Source of the DNA: a virus
Taxonomy: Duplodnaviria > Caudoviricetes
Strand: one strand, 5' to 3'
Virus record (IMG/VR): IMGVR_UViG_3300046010_012620
Coordinates: 1 to 28,529 of that record
Length of the DNA stretch: 28,529 bases
The notes under the pieces are model-generated. The model was not told where the DNA came from. It saw only the letters and a program-made list of their open reading frames with translations, and ran no database searches. How positions within the stretch are numbered: the stretch's first letter is position 1; the number at the start of each line of letters is the position of its first letter. Below, in pieces: positions 1 to 10,228 of this stretch. The translations under genes were made by a program, and so were the position numbers.

Positions 1-248
1 TTTTTATCAAGCAGGTAGATTGTCGGAATATCAAACAGGTAGTTCTGGATTTCATCCAGACTTAAAGAGAAACCTTCTGAATGATTAATAGGGAAAATAT
101 ACCCTTTTTCGAAATCATTGTAGTAGAGTGCACAGGGTGCAGTAAGTGAGGGATGTGTTTCCTCTGAAAGAGATACTAAATCAATGAAACACTTTTCTGT
201 TCTTGATAATTTTAAAAGCTGCTCTTTCGTTTCGACAATATAATACAT
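1..248 (-). CDS. N-terminal fragment of a probable family-A DNA polymerase / 3'-5' exonuclease-domain protein (runs off the window)
   Basis: Not in the ORF track. My translation from ATG at 248 is MYYIVETKEQLLKLSRTEKCFIDLVSLSEETHPSLTAPCALYYNDFEKGYIFPINHSEGFSLSLDEIQNYLFDIPTIYLLDK..., open to the window edge. It resembles the start of phage PolA-like proteins (YIVETxEQL, GYIFPINHSE) and has its own host-type promoter. Confidence 0.6.
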   Translation of the reverse strand, partial: MYYIVETKEQLLKLSRTEKCFIDLVSLSEETHPSLTAPCALYYNDFEKGYIFPINHSEGFSLSLDEIQNYLFDIPTIYLLDK

Positions 249-268
249 AACATTTATTTATAACCTAA

Positions 269-300
269 TTAAGATAAGATATTACGATCTTATAAACAAC
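269..300 (-). promoter_or_regulatory. Bacteroidota sigma70-type (early/middle) promoter
   Basis: Minus strand GTTG-N20-TATCTTAA, 20 nt before ATG 248. Fits the TTTG-N19-21-TAnnTTTG architecture. Confidence 0.6.
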
Positions 301-302
301 TA

Positions 303-962
303 CTAAGAGGTAATTCTTGCAAATTTAGTATAATCTCCACCGATATACTGCAAGAGACCAGAAAAGACCCTATCTTTACTCTCTGTCACACGTCTATTTG
401 TACTTATTATTCCTCCTTTGATTTGATACTGCGATACGCGTGTATCTTCTAAAGGACCTGTTAACTGCCATAACATATCTATACTTTCATACCCTAAAAT
501 ATTCTCTGCTGCAATGTCTCCGTTCTGGATTTTGGTCCAGTCTAGTGGCGATATTTCAAAAATATATCCAGGTCCGCTGACGGTTTTTGCAAAATAACGA
601 GTAAAATATCCAAGCTCATAGTCGCTCTCTATCACAATAGGGTAGTAGGGCTTTAACTCAGTAAGAGTGCCGTCGGCGCTACTTGCATCATCAATAGCAT
701 CTACCGGACGTCCGCCAGCTATATTATAATAGGGAATTGTATTGAAGCCTTCTGCTATTCCTGCACCTCTCCTAAAATACTCTAGAGGATATAATTTCTC
801 GTTTGTTCCTGTAACCGGATCTGGTCCGGTATATGCATCTCCTCCGTATAGCCTGTAGTACCTTCCCGCATAGGGTACTCCATTTGCAGTAGCATACTCG
901 TTACCGTTAGTTGATAAGTTTGGAGCTACTCGTGATAGTGGGTAATACCTTAAAACTCCCAT
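303..962 (-). CDS. Hypothetical protein, probably baseplate/virion associated
   Basis: 219-aa ORF, last gene of the tail/baseplate run, 1 nt after the hub gene stop. Tyr/Gly rich, no recognised catalytic motif. Confidence 0.6.
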   Translation of the reverse strand: MGVLRYYPLSRVAPNLSTNGNEYATANGVPYAGRYYRLYGGDAYTGPDPVTGTNEKLYPLEYFRRGAGIAEGFNTIPYYNIAGGRPVDAIDDASSADGTLTELKPYYPIVIESDYELGYFTRYFAKTVSGPGYIFEISPLDWTKIQNGDIAAENILGYESIDMLWQLTGPLEDTRVSQYQIKGGIISTNRRVTESKDRVFSGLLQYIGGDYTKFARITS

Positions 963-963
963 T

Positions 964-3900
964 TTATATAAATTTTCCAGTTAAATCTACATAATTAGTT
1001 AGCTTTCCGTTCTGTACGCCTATGTGTAAGTGCGGGAAGTTTACAAGCCTTGTTCCATAACTATCCGGAAACAGTCCTATGTACCCTACAAGATCGCCGC
1101 GGCTTACTGTTGTACCGCTTTTAACTGTAACGTGATCTAGGTGTGTATAAAAGAAGGATCCTCTTCCTCCTACTAGCGTAAAAGAGTATCCCCACACCGT
1201 ATCATTATTTTCGGAGAAATAGATACTAGTTACAGTACCGTCAACAATAGCATATACGGGGGTACCGGCATTAGCTCCTAAATCCCATGCGTTATTGTTT
1301 GGCCAAGTATTTGCACGGCCGCCCCAATTTGGATGAGCGGGAGTATTAGGTATTCTTTTTGGAGACCCTAGGAGATAGTCAGAGGTGGATGATGCGTTAT
1401 TACCTCTAAATAAGTCAGTACCTCTTGGGACTCTAGAGAAAGTTCCTGGTGTAGGTCCGGTAGAGGCGGCTAAGCTGATTTGATTCGAGTCAACGAATAA
1501 TACTGATCTACCTAAACCGCTGCTTTCTCTTAGCGGGAACATTTGCCCTGTGAGTTTAGTCAACCACTGGTTGTTCTCAATAGTATGGACCAGGCCGGAA
1601 GTAATAAACCCGAATCTAGCATTGCCGTTCAATCCTCTCAGCGATATCGGTAATCTTTCTTCAGGTATCGTAAATGCATTATACATTAAGATTCCGCTAA
1701 TACCGTCAATAGTTATTTCTGCATTAGCGGGTATAGGGGCAGTTGCTACGGCTTCAGGCAGTCCTGATTTTACTTTCGAAATCCGTTCAATATAATAATT
1801 TTTAGCCTGTTCAATGTCACTTTTAGCTACTTTAAAACTTGAATTAATGTTTATCGTATGCTTGTCAAAAAACTCTGCCGCTTTTACATCATTGGCTTTT
1901 GTTGAACTACCTTTAGTATTCGTATTCGCAGCTGCTTGTACGCTTGCTGCATCACCAGGGTAGGGTTTATATCTATCTACGTACAATTCGTTTAACGTAC
2001 TAAAAGAAGAATGATCTGTTGCATTGATTGATCCAGTTGCAGGAGATGCTGATATAGCGATTATCTTTGCTAGATTAGTAGATATTGTAGTTTTCAATTG
2101 AAACTCACGTGCTAAACTTCCGCTGCCAAAAACTGGAAGCTCCCCGGATGTAATCCTAGTGTCTAGATCAGTACTCCTTCTATTGTTGTTATAAGCTGTC
2201 CGATCAGTCATAGTGGTTTCTTGAGCGAAAGGACTTTGGTATCTTGGACATATTTGATAGTCGAGAATTTGTGCAGTGTTTGCATCGTCTCTATAAACCA
2301 ACCTAAAGTAATTAGCATTTCCGGTTGCTTTTCCGACATCCACTAAGATTCTTTCTATGAAAGGCTGTAAATTAACTGCATGTTCAGGATCAGAATATTG
2401 AAATTCAGATAACAAATTCAGCAGGTAATCAACGTTTAAAAGAATCTTCATTATCTCTCCCCTATTTGCACTATCTGACTGAAAGTTATACTTAGCTTCA
2501 GTCAATTTTTCAAGCAGCGGGTTAGTCTTCTGTGGATTAAATTTCAAGCCTGCACCAGCAAGAGTAGCAGATGGAAAAATGCTTTTATATTCACTGTCTG
2601 TTGCACTAAAAGGAATCAAACATACAAATGGATCAACGGAAAATTGCTGAGGAAAAGTTAAGCATAAGTTTGTTTTTGGATTAAAATCAATATAGAAGTA
2701 CGGTCTTTGATCGTTACTGTTACCTGGAGGAATATCTCTTAAAAGTCTCGTAGAATCATAAACTATACACATATTAGCTAAAAACGCCAGTAGAAAGCCG
2801 AAACTAATGTACACAGGACAGCGAACTGTGTCCGGTATGCCATCATCAAGATCTTGATCGTACCTTACTATAAATGCTTTTGTAAGTTCAACAAAGTCTA
2901 CATCCGGTATTTGACTTAAAAGGCTAGGATCAAGCATTAAATTAGCGTTAAAGCCTTTCAGTGCATACTTTAAATCTGGATTTGTTGTTACACTGGTTGG
3001 ATCTAGTACGCCGTTAAGTATACCTTTTGCAAAAAAGTTATTAACGATGTTCTTATAAGTTGTGCTTTTGTCTATAGACAGCCAAGCAACACTTTTCTTT
3101 TCATCTGCTCTAGCCTGCACTTCAGCTTGAACTATAGTTAACATTGCATGTAGTGCAGATTGAAATCCATCAGACCGGTCTTTTTGTGTATCACTTACAG
3201 TGTTTTTTACCGCCGATCCTCCTCCGTCTGCTCCACTACCGCTTCCTTTTTTATTAGTAGGAGTAGCTAAGGATGGTGCTGGTCTGAACAGTAGGAGATT
3301 ATTAGTTTCATACTTGATAAAAATAGTGTACTTACGTGTTTGAGATGCGAAAGCGGAGTTAGTGCCTGCATACGGCACCACTACGTCATCTAATCTTATC
3401 GTTCCGTCTATTATCACTCCGTCGGGGTTACCTGAGACGGGAGTAGGAGTGTTAGTAAAGCCTAATTGAGAAAGTGCAGTTCTAAATAAAGACTCTGCTG
3501 CACTGGCGAGTGCTAGTAGACCTCTAGCGGCTCCGGAAAAACCAACGCTTGTGGCTACATCAGATATGTTGATCGGTGCCGGTACTGCTTTCCTGATACT
3601 AGTTATGTTAGCATTAACTCCTTGTCCAGAATTGCCGTTAGTAATGTATTGCTCTAATGCTTGAATTATTGCTTTTCTAGTTGGAGGGAAATCGGCCTCT
3701 GTATTGCCGTCAACAGATACAGCACTAATTTCACCAGAAAAATACAGTAAACCTGGTGATCCGCTCACTCTTTTTGCTAAGAAAAAGTTTTTTCTATCTC
3801 CATTAAGTCTACCGTTAATATCTCTTGCTTCAGCTACTTTATAATCAGGAGCGCTGAGACCTGCAGGCGCATTACCTGTTCTAACATCATATATTAAATC

Positions 3901-5385
3901 CTGTGCTAGTTGAAATACCCCGGGGGATACGTTAATTCCTGCATCATTTAGTATTTGTCTGGTCCGATTAGTTAGATCGGTGCCGAATAGATTGTTTGCG
4001 CCAATAGTGTTGTTTGTCACTGTAATTGCGTTGCCAAATCTCTCGAAGATTTCAGGAACTAAAACAGCAGAAACTGTATTATCTCTACCAAGCGAAATGT
4101 TACCGAACGGTGCGTTGAGGTATCTTATATACAACCCGCTATAGGCCTTATCTACTTGTAGTCTTTTATCTCGTGTTGTAGTTGTTACGTTAGGGCGACT
4201 TGGAGTATTAAATGTTGCAAAGCTTTCATTCTGTCTAATATCGCCTCCACTTGGTAAAAAATCATAGCCGATGACACTATAATCTGGATTATTATAGAGC
4301 TCTAGTGCTGGATCAGCTCCATCGTAAGTTACTAGATATTCCTTAAGTTTTGCAAAACTAGTAGGTGCAGGAGGCGGTGCTCCAGTACTAGTTCCGCCGG
4401 CGCCACCTGTTGCAGAGGCTAGTTTATCAGCTAACGCTCTTTGATTTGCCTCTATCTGCTGTAGTCTTTTCTTTAATATTTCCTGATTCCTTAGAAACCT
4501 TTTAATATCTCCTTCTGGTAACTGATAAGCTTGATTCACCCTTACCGTATTCATTATAGCGCCAGGGCCTATTATTCTTACCGTGCAGTCGTATCCGCCT
4601 TCTTGGTTAAACGCCCAATTAAAATTAGATACAACCCCGAGCATTCCGTCGTAATTGCCGGACGTCTCTCTTGACTTTCTTGCGATTTCTTGTTGTATCT
4701 CTAGTTTTCTTCTATTAGGAGTTGCGGAAAAAGGATCGGGAATACCGTAAATTTCATTTGTAACAAAAACTCCTTCAGGTGTAAAGCGGCCAGTTGTAGT
4801 ATCGATATTATTAAAATACTGCGTATGACCCCACTCCAGTAGCATTGAGTATCCTAGCCTAAAATAAAGAGCTTCAACAACGTTCAATTGATTTATATTC
4901 CATACCTTGAAACTGATAGTGGCCTGTCTTAGAGATCCGAGTCTCCCTAAGGTCTCTACTTGTATAGACGTAAGACCTGGCATAGGTCTATACCCTAATT
5001 CTGCGGTTCCTCCTAGCCCGTAAGCTCCTTCAGGACCAATTCCCTGTCTTAATGTTAATCCTTCAGGATTAAATAATGCATCTCTCTGTGATCCTTGTAT
5101 AGAGGTACCGGCTTCGAGAATCCAGTTTTTAGCTAGAGCATCAGGATCAAGACTCTGTATATTACCGAGTTTTAAATTATCGTAGAACTTAACTAAGTCG
5201 GCCTGATCACCATTGATATTAACTGATGATACAAGGCGTGCCCATGCACTTTTATTGGCTACAAATAAAACATCTTGAATGTCTCTTGTTTGAGCAGCAT
5301 TACGGTTTGCCCTAATTGCTAGCTGCTGTAGGACATAATCAGGAAAAGGAGCGCCTATAACGTTCGATAACTTAATATTAGCCAT
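964..5385 (-). CDS. Large baseplate hub / tail-associated protein with C-terminal M23 peptidase domain
   Basis: 1473 aa. The N-terminal part (RPMPGLTSIQV, GSLRQATISFKVWN, LGYSMLLEWGH, NYDGMLGVVSNFNW) is hub-like. The C-terminal ~120 aa has WDLGANAGTPVYAIVDGTV, YTHLD, VKSGTTVSRGDLVGYIG and PHLHIG, typical of M23/LytM. Confidence 0.75.
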   Translation of the reverse strand: MANIKLSNVIGAPFPDYVLQQLAIRANRNAAQTRDIQDVLFVANKSAWARLVSSVNINGDQADLVKFYDNLKLGNIQSLDPDALAKNWILEAGTSIQGSQRDALFNPEGLTLRQGIGPEGAYGLGGTAELGYRPMPGLTSIQVETLGRLGSLRQATISFKVWNINQLNVVEALYFRLGYSMLLEWGHTQYFNNIDTTTGRFTPEGVFVTNEIYGIPDPFSATPNRRKLEIQQEIARKSRETSGNYDGMLGVVSNFNWAFNQEGGYDCTVRIIGPGAIMNTVRVNQAYQLPEGDIKRFLRNQEILKKRLQQIEANQRALADKLASATGGAGGTSTGAPPPAPTSFAKLKEYLVTYDGADPALELYNNPDYSVIGYDFLPSGGDIRQNESFATFNTPSRPNVTTTTRDKRLQVDKAYSGLYIRYLNAPFGNISLGRDNTVSAVLVPEIFERFGNAITVTNNTIGANNLFGTDLTNRTRQILNDAGINVSPGVFQLAQDLIYDVRTGNAPAGLSAPDYKVAEARDINGRLNGDRKNFFLAKRVSGSPGLLYFSGEISAVSVDGNTEADFPPTRKAIIQALEQYITNGNSGQGVNANITSIRKAVPAPINISDVATSVGFSGAARGLLALASAAESLFRTALSQLGFTNTPTPVSGNPDGVIIDGTIRLDDVVVPYAGTNSAFASQTRKYTIFIKYETNNLLLFRPAPSLATPTNKKGSGSGADGGGSAVKNTVSDTQKDRSDGFQSALHAMLTIVQAEVQARADEKKSVAWLSIDKSTTYKNIVNNFFAKGILNGVLDPTSVTTNPDLKYALKGFNANLMLDPSLLSQIPDVDFVELTKAFIVRYDQDLDDGIPDTVRCPVYISFGFLLAFLANMCIVYDSTRLLRDIPPGNSNDQRPYFYIDFNPKTNLCLTFPQQFSVDPFVCLIPFSATDSEYKSIFPSATLAGAGLKFNPQKTNPLLEKLTEAKYNFQSDSANRGEIMKILLNVDYLLNLLSEFQYSDPEHAVNLQPFIERILVDVGKATGNANYFRLVYRDDANTAQILDYQICPRYQSPFAQETTMTDRTAYNNNRRSTDLDTRITSGELPVFGSGSLAREFQLKTTISTNLAKIIAISASPATGSINATDHSSFSTLNELYVDRYKPYPGDAASVQAAANTNTKGSSTKANDVKAAEFFDKHTININSSFKVAKSDIEQAKNYYIERISKVKSGLPEAVATAPIPANAEITIDGISGILMYNAFTIPEERLPISLRGLNGNARFGFITSGLVHTIENNQWLTKLTGQMFPLRESSGLGRSVLFVDSNQISLAASTGPTPGTFSRVPRGTDLFRGNNASSTSDYLLGSPKRIPNTPAHPNWGGRANTWPNNNAWDLGANAGTPVYAIVDGTVTSIYFSENNDTVWGYSFTLVGGRGSFFYTHLDHVTVKSGTTVSRGDLVGYIGLFPDSYGTRLVNFPHLHIGVQNGKLTNYVDLTGKFI

Positions 5386-5683
5386 TATTAATTAGATTGT
5401 AATTATTCAACACTATTTTAATATCGGCTGGAACTCTAAGCTGTATACCAATAGGGGGGTAGATAGAATCTCCCGGAAGTGCATTTGCAGAAGCTATGAT
5501 CCACCATAGACTACTATCTTGGTAAAAATCAAGGGCTATTAGATCTAACCTATCATTGATAGTTGTTATAAAATAGTAGTCAGAATCTGTAGGAGGTATT
5601 ACCGGATAAAAATTAGTCTCATAGTAAAGACTCCCTGTTACGTCTAGTTTTGTTGTCCGTATGTATTGATATCTTGATTGCAT
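5378..5683 (-). CDS. LysM-like baseplate wedge protein (T4 gp53 / P2 gpX-like)
   Basis: DRLDLIALDFYQDSSLWWIIASAN...GIQLRVP signature; sits between a tube-initiator-like gene and the hub. Confidence 0.8.
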   Translation of the reverse strand: MQSRYQYIRTTKLDVTGSLYYETNFYPVIPPTDSDYYFITTINDRLDLIALDFYQDSSLWWIIASANALPGDSIYPPIGIQLRVPADIKIVLNNYNLINNG

Positions 5684-5711
5684 ATTACTTTTTTCTACGC
5701 AAGTTTATGAG

Positions 5712-7667
5712 TTAACCTCCGTTATTTGTCTGCTGTCTACTCTGTCTCCGCTCTAATCTAGCAGCCCTCCTTATATCTCTTCTAGTTAGAGATTGAAAGA
5801 ATTCTGCTTGAGATAGTAGATCGGCATCTTGTCCTTGAGTATCTACCTGAGTCGGAGTTTGTACACCGACGGCTGGCGCTACAGGGAGACTGTTAGTAGC
5901 GAGCGTTTGTTTCAAATCATTGGTAGTTGCTGCTGGATCTAAATAATGGTCTTTGTTCACTATCAACGGTACCCACGGATTATCTTTACTTACTTTTCTC
6001 GGTAGTATATCCATTATAGGCTTGAAGGTACATTGTATAGCTACCATATGGGGCAACTCTCTAACGTCGTTTTCCGCTACACCCTGTCCTAGATATTGAT
6101 TTAAAACTATCTCCCAGGGAGTGTTGGAATTATCTATAGTTATGTTGATATTCTCAATAAAACCAGGCATTCTGTAAATATAATCTCCAATAGTCAGTTT
6201 TACAACATTTCCTCGCATTATTCCGTAGTCAGGAGAGTAGTCAGGATATACTTGCGACATTAATTGATTCAACTTCGTATACATCGGTAACATTTCCTGT
6301 CTACTCTGTGCAAACATTTTAAAGGTAAATCCAATACTTCTGTCAAAACCTTGGTATGTTCTAAAAGTCTCTCCTCTACCTAAATATTTAAAAGTATTAT
6401 ACGAGGCTTGATTATTATCGGTTATTGATCCTTCTAAAAATGCTCTAAAAACTAATGCTATTGCTTGAGTTGGATCGGTATTATCAATACACTCAAAAGC
6501 AAATTTGATAATATCCTTAGTCTGCGATCCACCAGTAGCCCAGGGATCTTGATTACCTGTTACAGCAAAAGGAAATAGCATATTCAAGACATCTTCTCCT
6601 ACTCTATTACCTCTAGAAATATAAGATACTCTTGAGTTAGGTGCACCAGGACTACCTATTCCTAGCGTCTTTGTTATATTAAATGCTTCGTAATTAGAAA
6701 ACGGAATTATCGGGTTGTTTTCATTGGTCTGTGCTCTGAAATCTTGGATTGGCTGTTGAACAGGAGTTCTAGTATCAGTTCCCTGAGTTGCTAATTGTTG
6801 ATAGGTTAATGCAATAGCTGAATACGCTACCCCTTTTGCGTCTCCTACGGTGAATTTAGGATCGGCATTAGTTTGACTTAACTTAGTTACATTAGTGTCT
6901 GTATACCGGAATATTCTAGTATTTCCTATCCCGTATACTGATCCTGGTCCGCCAATGTAATTAAATAACTGAGATTGTATTGGTGAGATACCCATCCTGT
7001 CAACTAAGGTAGGATCTACTCCTACACCTCCTATTAAATCAGGATTAACTAAAAAATTTGTATTTCCTACAATTTTTAATGCCCTTAAAATAGAGAGTCT
7101 GTTAGTGGCAGCAGTATTGTTTTGCGGTGCACCGGCGATGTATGCATACGTCTGCCGTGGATTTTCATAGAGGTTAGGTGCTACACCGTGTCTGTTAAAG
7201 TGAGCTCCTGTACCTTGAACTTGAACTTGAGCTAATGTGTTTATAGGGTTATAAACATTAGTTACAGGGATAAATGAATTAACTATTCCTATATTAGCTA
7301 TAGAATCTGCACCTATCGCTGTTGCATTAGGTACTTGCATTCTTGGATTAGTTAATTGTAATCCGCGCTGCTTTTCTATAAACGCAGTACCGCGAGGTGC
7401 ATCATTGAAAAACTTCTCTATCCTCTGTCTGTCGATAGTTGAGGTTATAATTCCTGTCCCGCCAGTTAATAACTGCGTAATTGCACCTCCCCTCACCGGA
7501 TAATCTAACGACGTTCTATTGATCTCGTAAAAGGCCCTTATTTGCGAAGGTGTACTAGCATTGTCTATCGGAAACTGCATGTAAGGCTGGTTGCTACTAC
7601 CCCCACCAGGTCTATCTGCGCCATAGCGTAGACTAGTTAAATCAGTTCTGAAATTAATTAAAGGCAT
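5712..7667 (-). CDS. Baseplate / tail-tube initiator-like structural protein
   Basis: 651 aa. The C-terminal domain (FRAFLEGSITD, YLGRGETFRTYQGFDRSIGFTF, KLTIGDYIYRMPGFIENINITID) resembles tube-like initiator domains of contractile systems; position follows the tape measure. Confidence 0.6.
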   Translation of the reverse strand: MPLINFRTDLTSLRYGADRPGGGSSNQPYMQFPIDNASTPSQIRAFYEINRTSLDYPVRGGAITQLLTGGTGIITSTIDRQRIEKFFNDAPRGTAFIEKQRGLQLTNPRMQVPNATAIGADSIANIGIVNSFIPVTNVYNPINTLAQVQVQGTGAHFNRHGVAPNLYENPRQTYAYIAGAPQNNTAATNRLSILRALKIVGNTNFLVNPDLIGGVGVDPTLVDRMGISPIQSQLFNYIGGPGSVYGIGNTRIFRYTDTNVTKLSQTNADPKFTVGDAKGVAYSAIALTYQQLATQGTDTRTPVQQPIQDFRAQTNENNPIIPFSNYEAFNITKTLGIGSPGAPNSRVSYISRGNRVGEDVLNMLFPFAVTGNQDPWATGGSQTKDIIKFAFECIDNTDPTQAIALVFRAFLEGSITDNNQASYNTFKYLGRGETFRTYQGFDRSIGFTFKMFAQSRQEMLPMYTKLNQLMSQVYPDYSPDYGIMRGNVVKLTIGDYIYRMPGFIENINITIDNSNTPWEIVLNQYLGQGVAENDVRELPHMVAIQCTFKPIMDILPRKVSKDNPWVPLIVNKDHYLDPAATTNDLKQTLATNSLPVAPAVGVQTPTQVDTQGQDADLLSQAEFFQSLTRRDIRRAARLERRQSRQQTNNGG

Positions 7668-7668
7668 G

Positions 7669-7893
7669 TTAACGTTTGTTTGACGACTTTACATAGTCAA
7701 TGTAAGTCGGTTGCGGTTTTGCATTATACGTAACATCTATAGGGTTTTGAATAGGAGGTATTGCAGGAGAGTTCAAAGGTACTGATGAACCTCTTATTGA
7801 GGCTGCAACATTTGCAGGAACGCCTTCAAAAATTCCCGAGGGATTAGTTTGCCCTTTTTTGCTTAGTGTTGATCTTGTTATTTGCTCTAACAT
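7669..7893 (-). CDS. Hypothetical protein
   Basis: 74-aa ORF packed between the tape measure and baseplate genes, with an A-rich start context. Confidence 0.6.
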   Translation of the reverse strand: MLEQITRSTLSKKGQTNPSGIFEGVPANVAASIRGSSVPLNSPAIPPIQNPIDVTYNAKPQPTYIDYVKSSNKR

Positions 7894-7904
7894 AGTTTTA
7901 TTAT

Positions 7905-10205
7905 TTATGCCATACCTAAACCGTATATTTGATCTTGTGTTTGTCCGAAGAGTATTTGACCTACCTTTTGTTTATCTAGGTAGACGTTACCGGGATTATT
8001 GCTTGCTGTTGCTCTGTCTACTGCTGCTCCTGCTCCTGCTCCTCTACTAACTCTACTCGTTTCTGCGGCGGCGGTAGCAGGGTTTACCGGTGCTGCCATT
8101 GAGGGATTCGGGGTTCCTACAGTAGGTGTATTTCCGCCTCCAGTCATCCCTGACATAGCTTTATCTACCAATCCTTCTAGATACATGCCTACTCCGCCTG
8201 CAACTATGAGTCCAGTTGCTAGGCCAGGAATACCGCCCATGCCGGCTGCCATCACGACTCTTGCTACTGCTGTAGCAACTGATAGCATTGCTAATATTTT
8301 TGCAGCCTGTATAATGCCATTCATGATAGCTGGAATATTCTTTAAAACATCGGCTATTCCTATGAAAACGTTTTTAATCTTGTCAGCTATGTTTTTCATT
8401 TTTTCAGTATTGTTAACAAAGCTGATTAACTTTTCAAGTATTCCAATAACAGGTCCTTGTAAGGTACTTCCTAAAATTTCTTTAAACTTTTCTACTGTAG
8501 TATTGAACTTATCTTGAATGGATGCTCTCTTTAGATCACTTAGCTCCTGCTGAGAGAGTACTTTGCTCAATCGTTTTTGCCCCTCTTCAGTCTTCATCAA
8601 GGTTTCGTACCTCTTAGATAGCGACTCACCTTCTTTTCCTCCTAACTCTAAAACTTGTTTTTGCTGTAATAATATCTTTGCATACTCTTCTGATGTTAAT
8701 CCTATCCTCTTTGCTTCCGCATCTCTTGCAATAACATTCAGATTCATGAACTTGTCATAAGTATACATCTGCTTATTTAACTCTTCCATAAGACCGGCAG
8801 TATCACCGGTAAGAGCTAGGTTTCTGGCGTTAATTAAATTACTTTCACGTCCCGTTATAACAGAGGCTTCTATTTCACTACTAATACTTGATTCAAAATC
8901 TAAGAGACTGCTAGCTTGTTTATTAACTTGTTCTAGAGTAGTTCCTAACTTTGTAGCTCTAACTATAGCTGCACTTAAGGCTTCTATATCTCCTTTAAAA
9001 TTCATTAGTACGGTTGCACTAGTTTTAGCAATACCGTCTAATATCTGTCTTTGTGTAAGGGCTAGCTTATTTCTTGCTCCTTCTATCTTTGCACTAGCCT
9101 GCAAAATACCGTAAGTTTGGTTTAACTTCTTGCCTGAAATAGCAGAAGCTGTTGCTAGTGCAGCCATTTGGTCGGCTGAAGCACCGATACGTTTTTGAAC
9201 TAATGCAGCGGTTTCAGCAAATGCTTTATTGGCAGGTACTAAAAATCCAAAAGTATTTGTTAACTGGGAGTACGTTTCGGTAACCTCTTTCGAAAGTAAG
9301 AAATTGCTATGTGCAATCGCCATTAACTGGCCATGTAATTTTCCTGCCTCGCTTACTGATACTCCTAGATTCTTAGCAAAATCGAATGCCTTTTGATTGA
9401 ACTGTATTGCGAGCTTTACAAGAGTTTCAAATCCTTTTGCAAGCAAACCTAGCATACCAATTCCGAAATTGGTTCCGAGCTGCATCAAACCTTCAGCGAA
9501 GACTTCCATTTTAGAGCCGCCTTCTTCGGCTTTCTTTTTCATCGCCTCTAGGACTTTCTCACCTTTTGTTAGCTGGGATATTAGAGGGCCTATGAAAGGT
9601 AGCCCTCCTATTGTTTTCATGACAACAGCTAGACCTCCCATTGAGGTTTCAAAACGTTTTGCTTTTTTTAGTAACTTATCATATTCTGCGCCTTGCATCT
9701 TTATTGCTTCCAATGCATTCCAGTAACTATTCCTTATATCACTTGCTGCTTGACTATGCTCGGCTGCTGTACCTTTTATCAATAATTCAAAATCAAATAA
9801 CTGTTCAGCTAGCCTTTCTTGTTTTTGTTTGTTTGCTAGAATCGCCTTTTCTACCGATGCAACAGATGAGAGGTCTTTTAGGAGGTCTTTGTTTTTATCT
9901 TTTAACTTATTAGTTTCACTTACTGCATTTCTTAGCTCTTTTGTAAAATCTCGGGCAATACTCTTACCTACTTTTTGAGTATCGATATCAAGGCCCTGGA
10001 GAGCATCTCTCATATCATCTCCAATGATACTGCTAATTGCTCTTAGCGTATCTCTCATTGTACCGAATACGGCATTGAGTTTTTCGGCTTCGGTAGTATT
10101 GGCGTTGCTGCCAGTAGGTCCAGGAGGCGGTGTAGTGCCTCCAGCTCCGCCGCCAGTTGCGCCAGTACCAGCTCCACGTGTAAATCTTGCTCTTCTTCTA
10201 GCCAT
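7905..10205 (-). CDS. Tail tape measure protein
   Basis: 766 aa, helical and Ala/Lys/Leu rich, with Gly-rich hydrophobic segments (LGTNFGIGMLGLLAKGF; GMGGIPGLATGLIVAGGVG). Directly follows the tail chaperone pair. Confidence 0.85.
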   Translation of the reverse strand: MARRRARFTRGAGTGATGGGAGGTTPPPGPTGSNANTTEAEKLNAVFGTMRDTLRAISSIIGDDMRDALQGLDIDTQKVGKSIARDFTKELRNAVSETNKLKDKNKDLLKDLSSVASVEKAILANKQKQERLAEQLFDFELLIKGTAAEHSQAASDIRNSYWNALEAIKMQGAEYDKLLKKAKRFETSMGGLAVVMKTIGGLPFIGPLISQLTKGEKVLEAMKKKAEEGGSKMEVFAEGLMQLGTNFGIGMLGLLAKGFETLVKLAIQFNQKAFDFAKNLGVSVSEAGKLHGQLMAIAHSNFLLSKEVTETYSQLTNTFGFLVPANKAFAETAALVQKRIGASADQMAALATASAISGKKLNQTYGILQASAKIEGARNKLALTQRQILDGIAKTSATVLMNFKGDIEALSAAIVRATKLGTTLEQVNKQASSLLDFESSISSEIEASVITGRESNLINARNLALTGDTAGLMEELNKQMYTYDKFMNLNVIARDAEAKRIGLTSEEYAKILLQQKQVLELGGKEGESLSKRYETLMKTEEGQKRLSKVLSQQELSDLKRASIQDKFNTTVEKFKEILGSTLQGPVIGILEKLISFVNNTEKMKNIADKIKNVFIGIADVLKNIPAIMNGIIQAAKILAMLSVATAVARVVMAAGMGGIPGLATGLIVAGGVGMYLEGLVDKAMSGMTGGGNTPTVGTPNPSMAAPVNPATAAAETSRVSRGAGAGAAVDRATASNNPGNVYLDKQKVGQILFGQTQDQIYGLGMA

Positions 10206-10220
10206 ACTTTATCTATAGAT

Positions 10221-10228
10221 ATAAATAT
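10221..10228 (-). promoter_or_regulatory. Putative phage late promoter motif ATATTTAT (tape measure)
   Basis: The same 8-mer recurs 15-26 nt upstream of eight structural-gene starts in the window. Confidence 0.65.
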
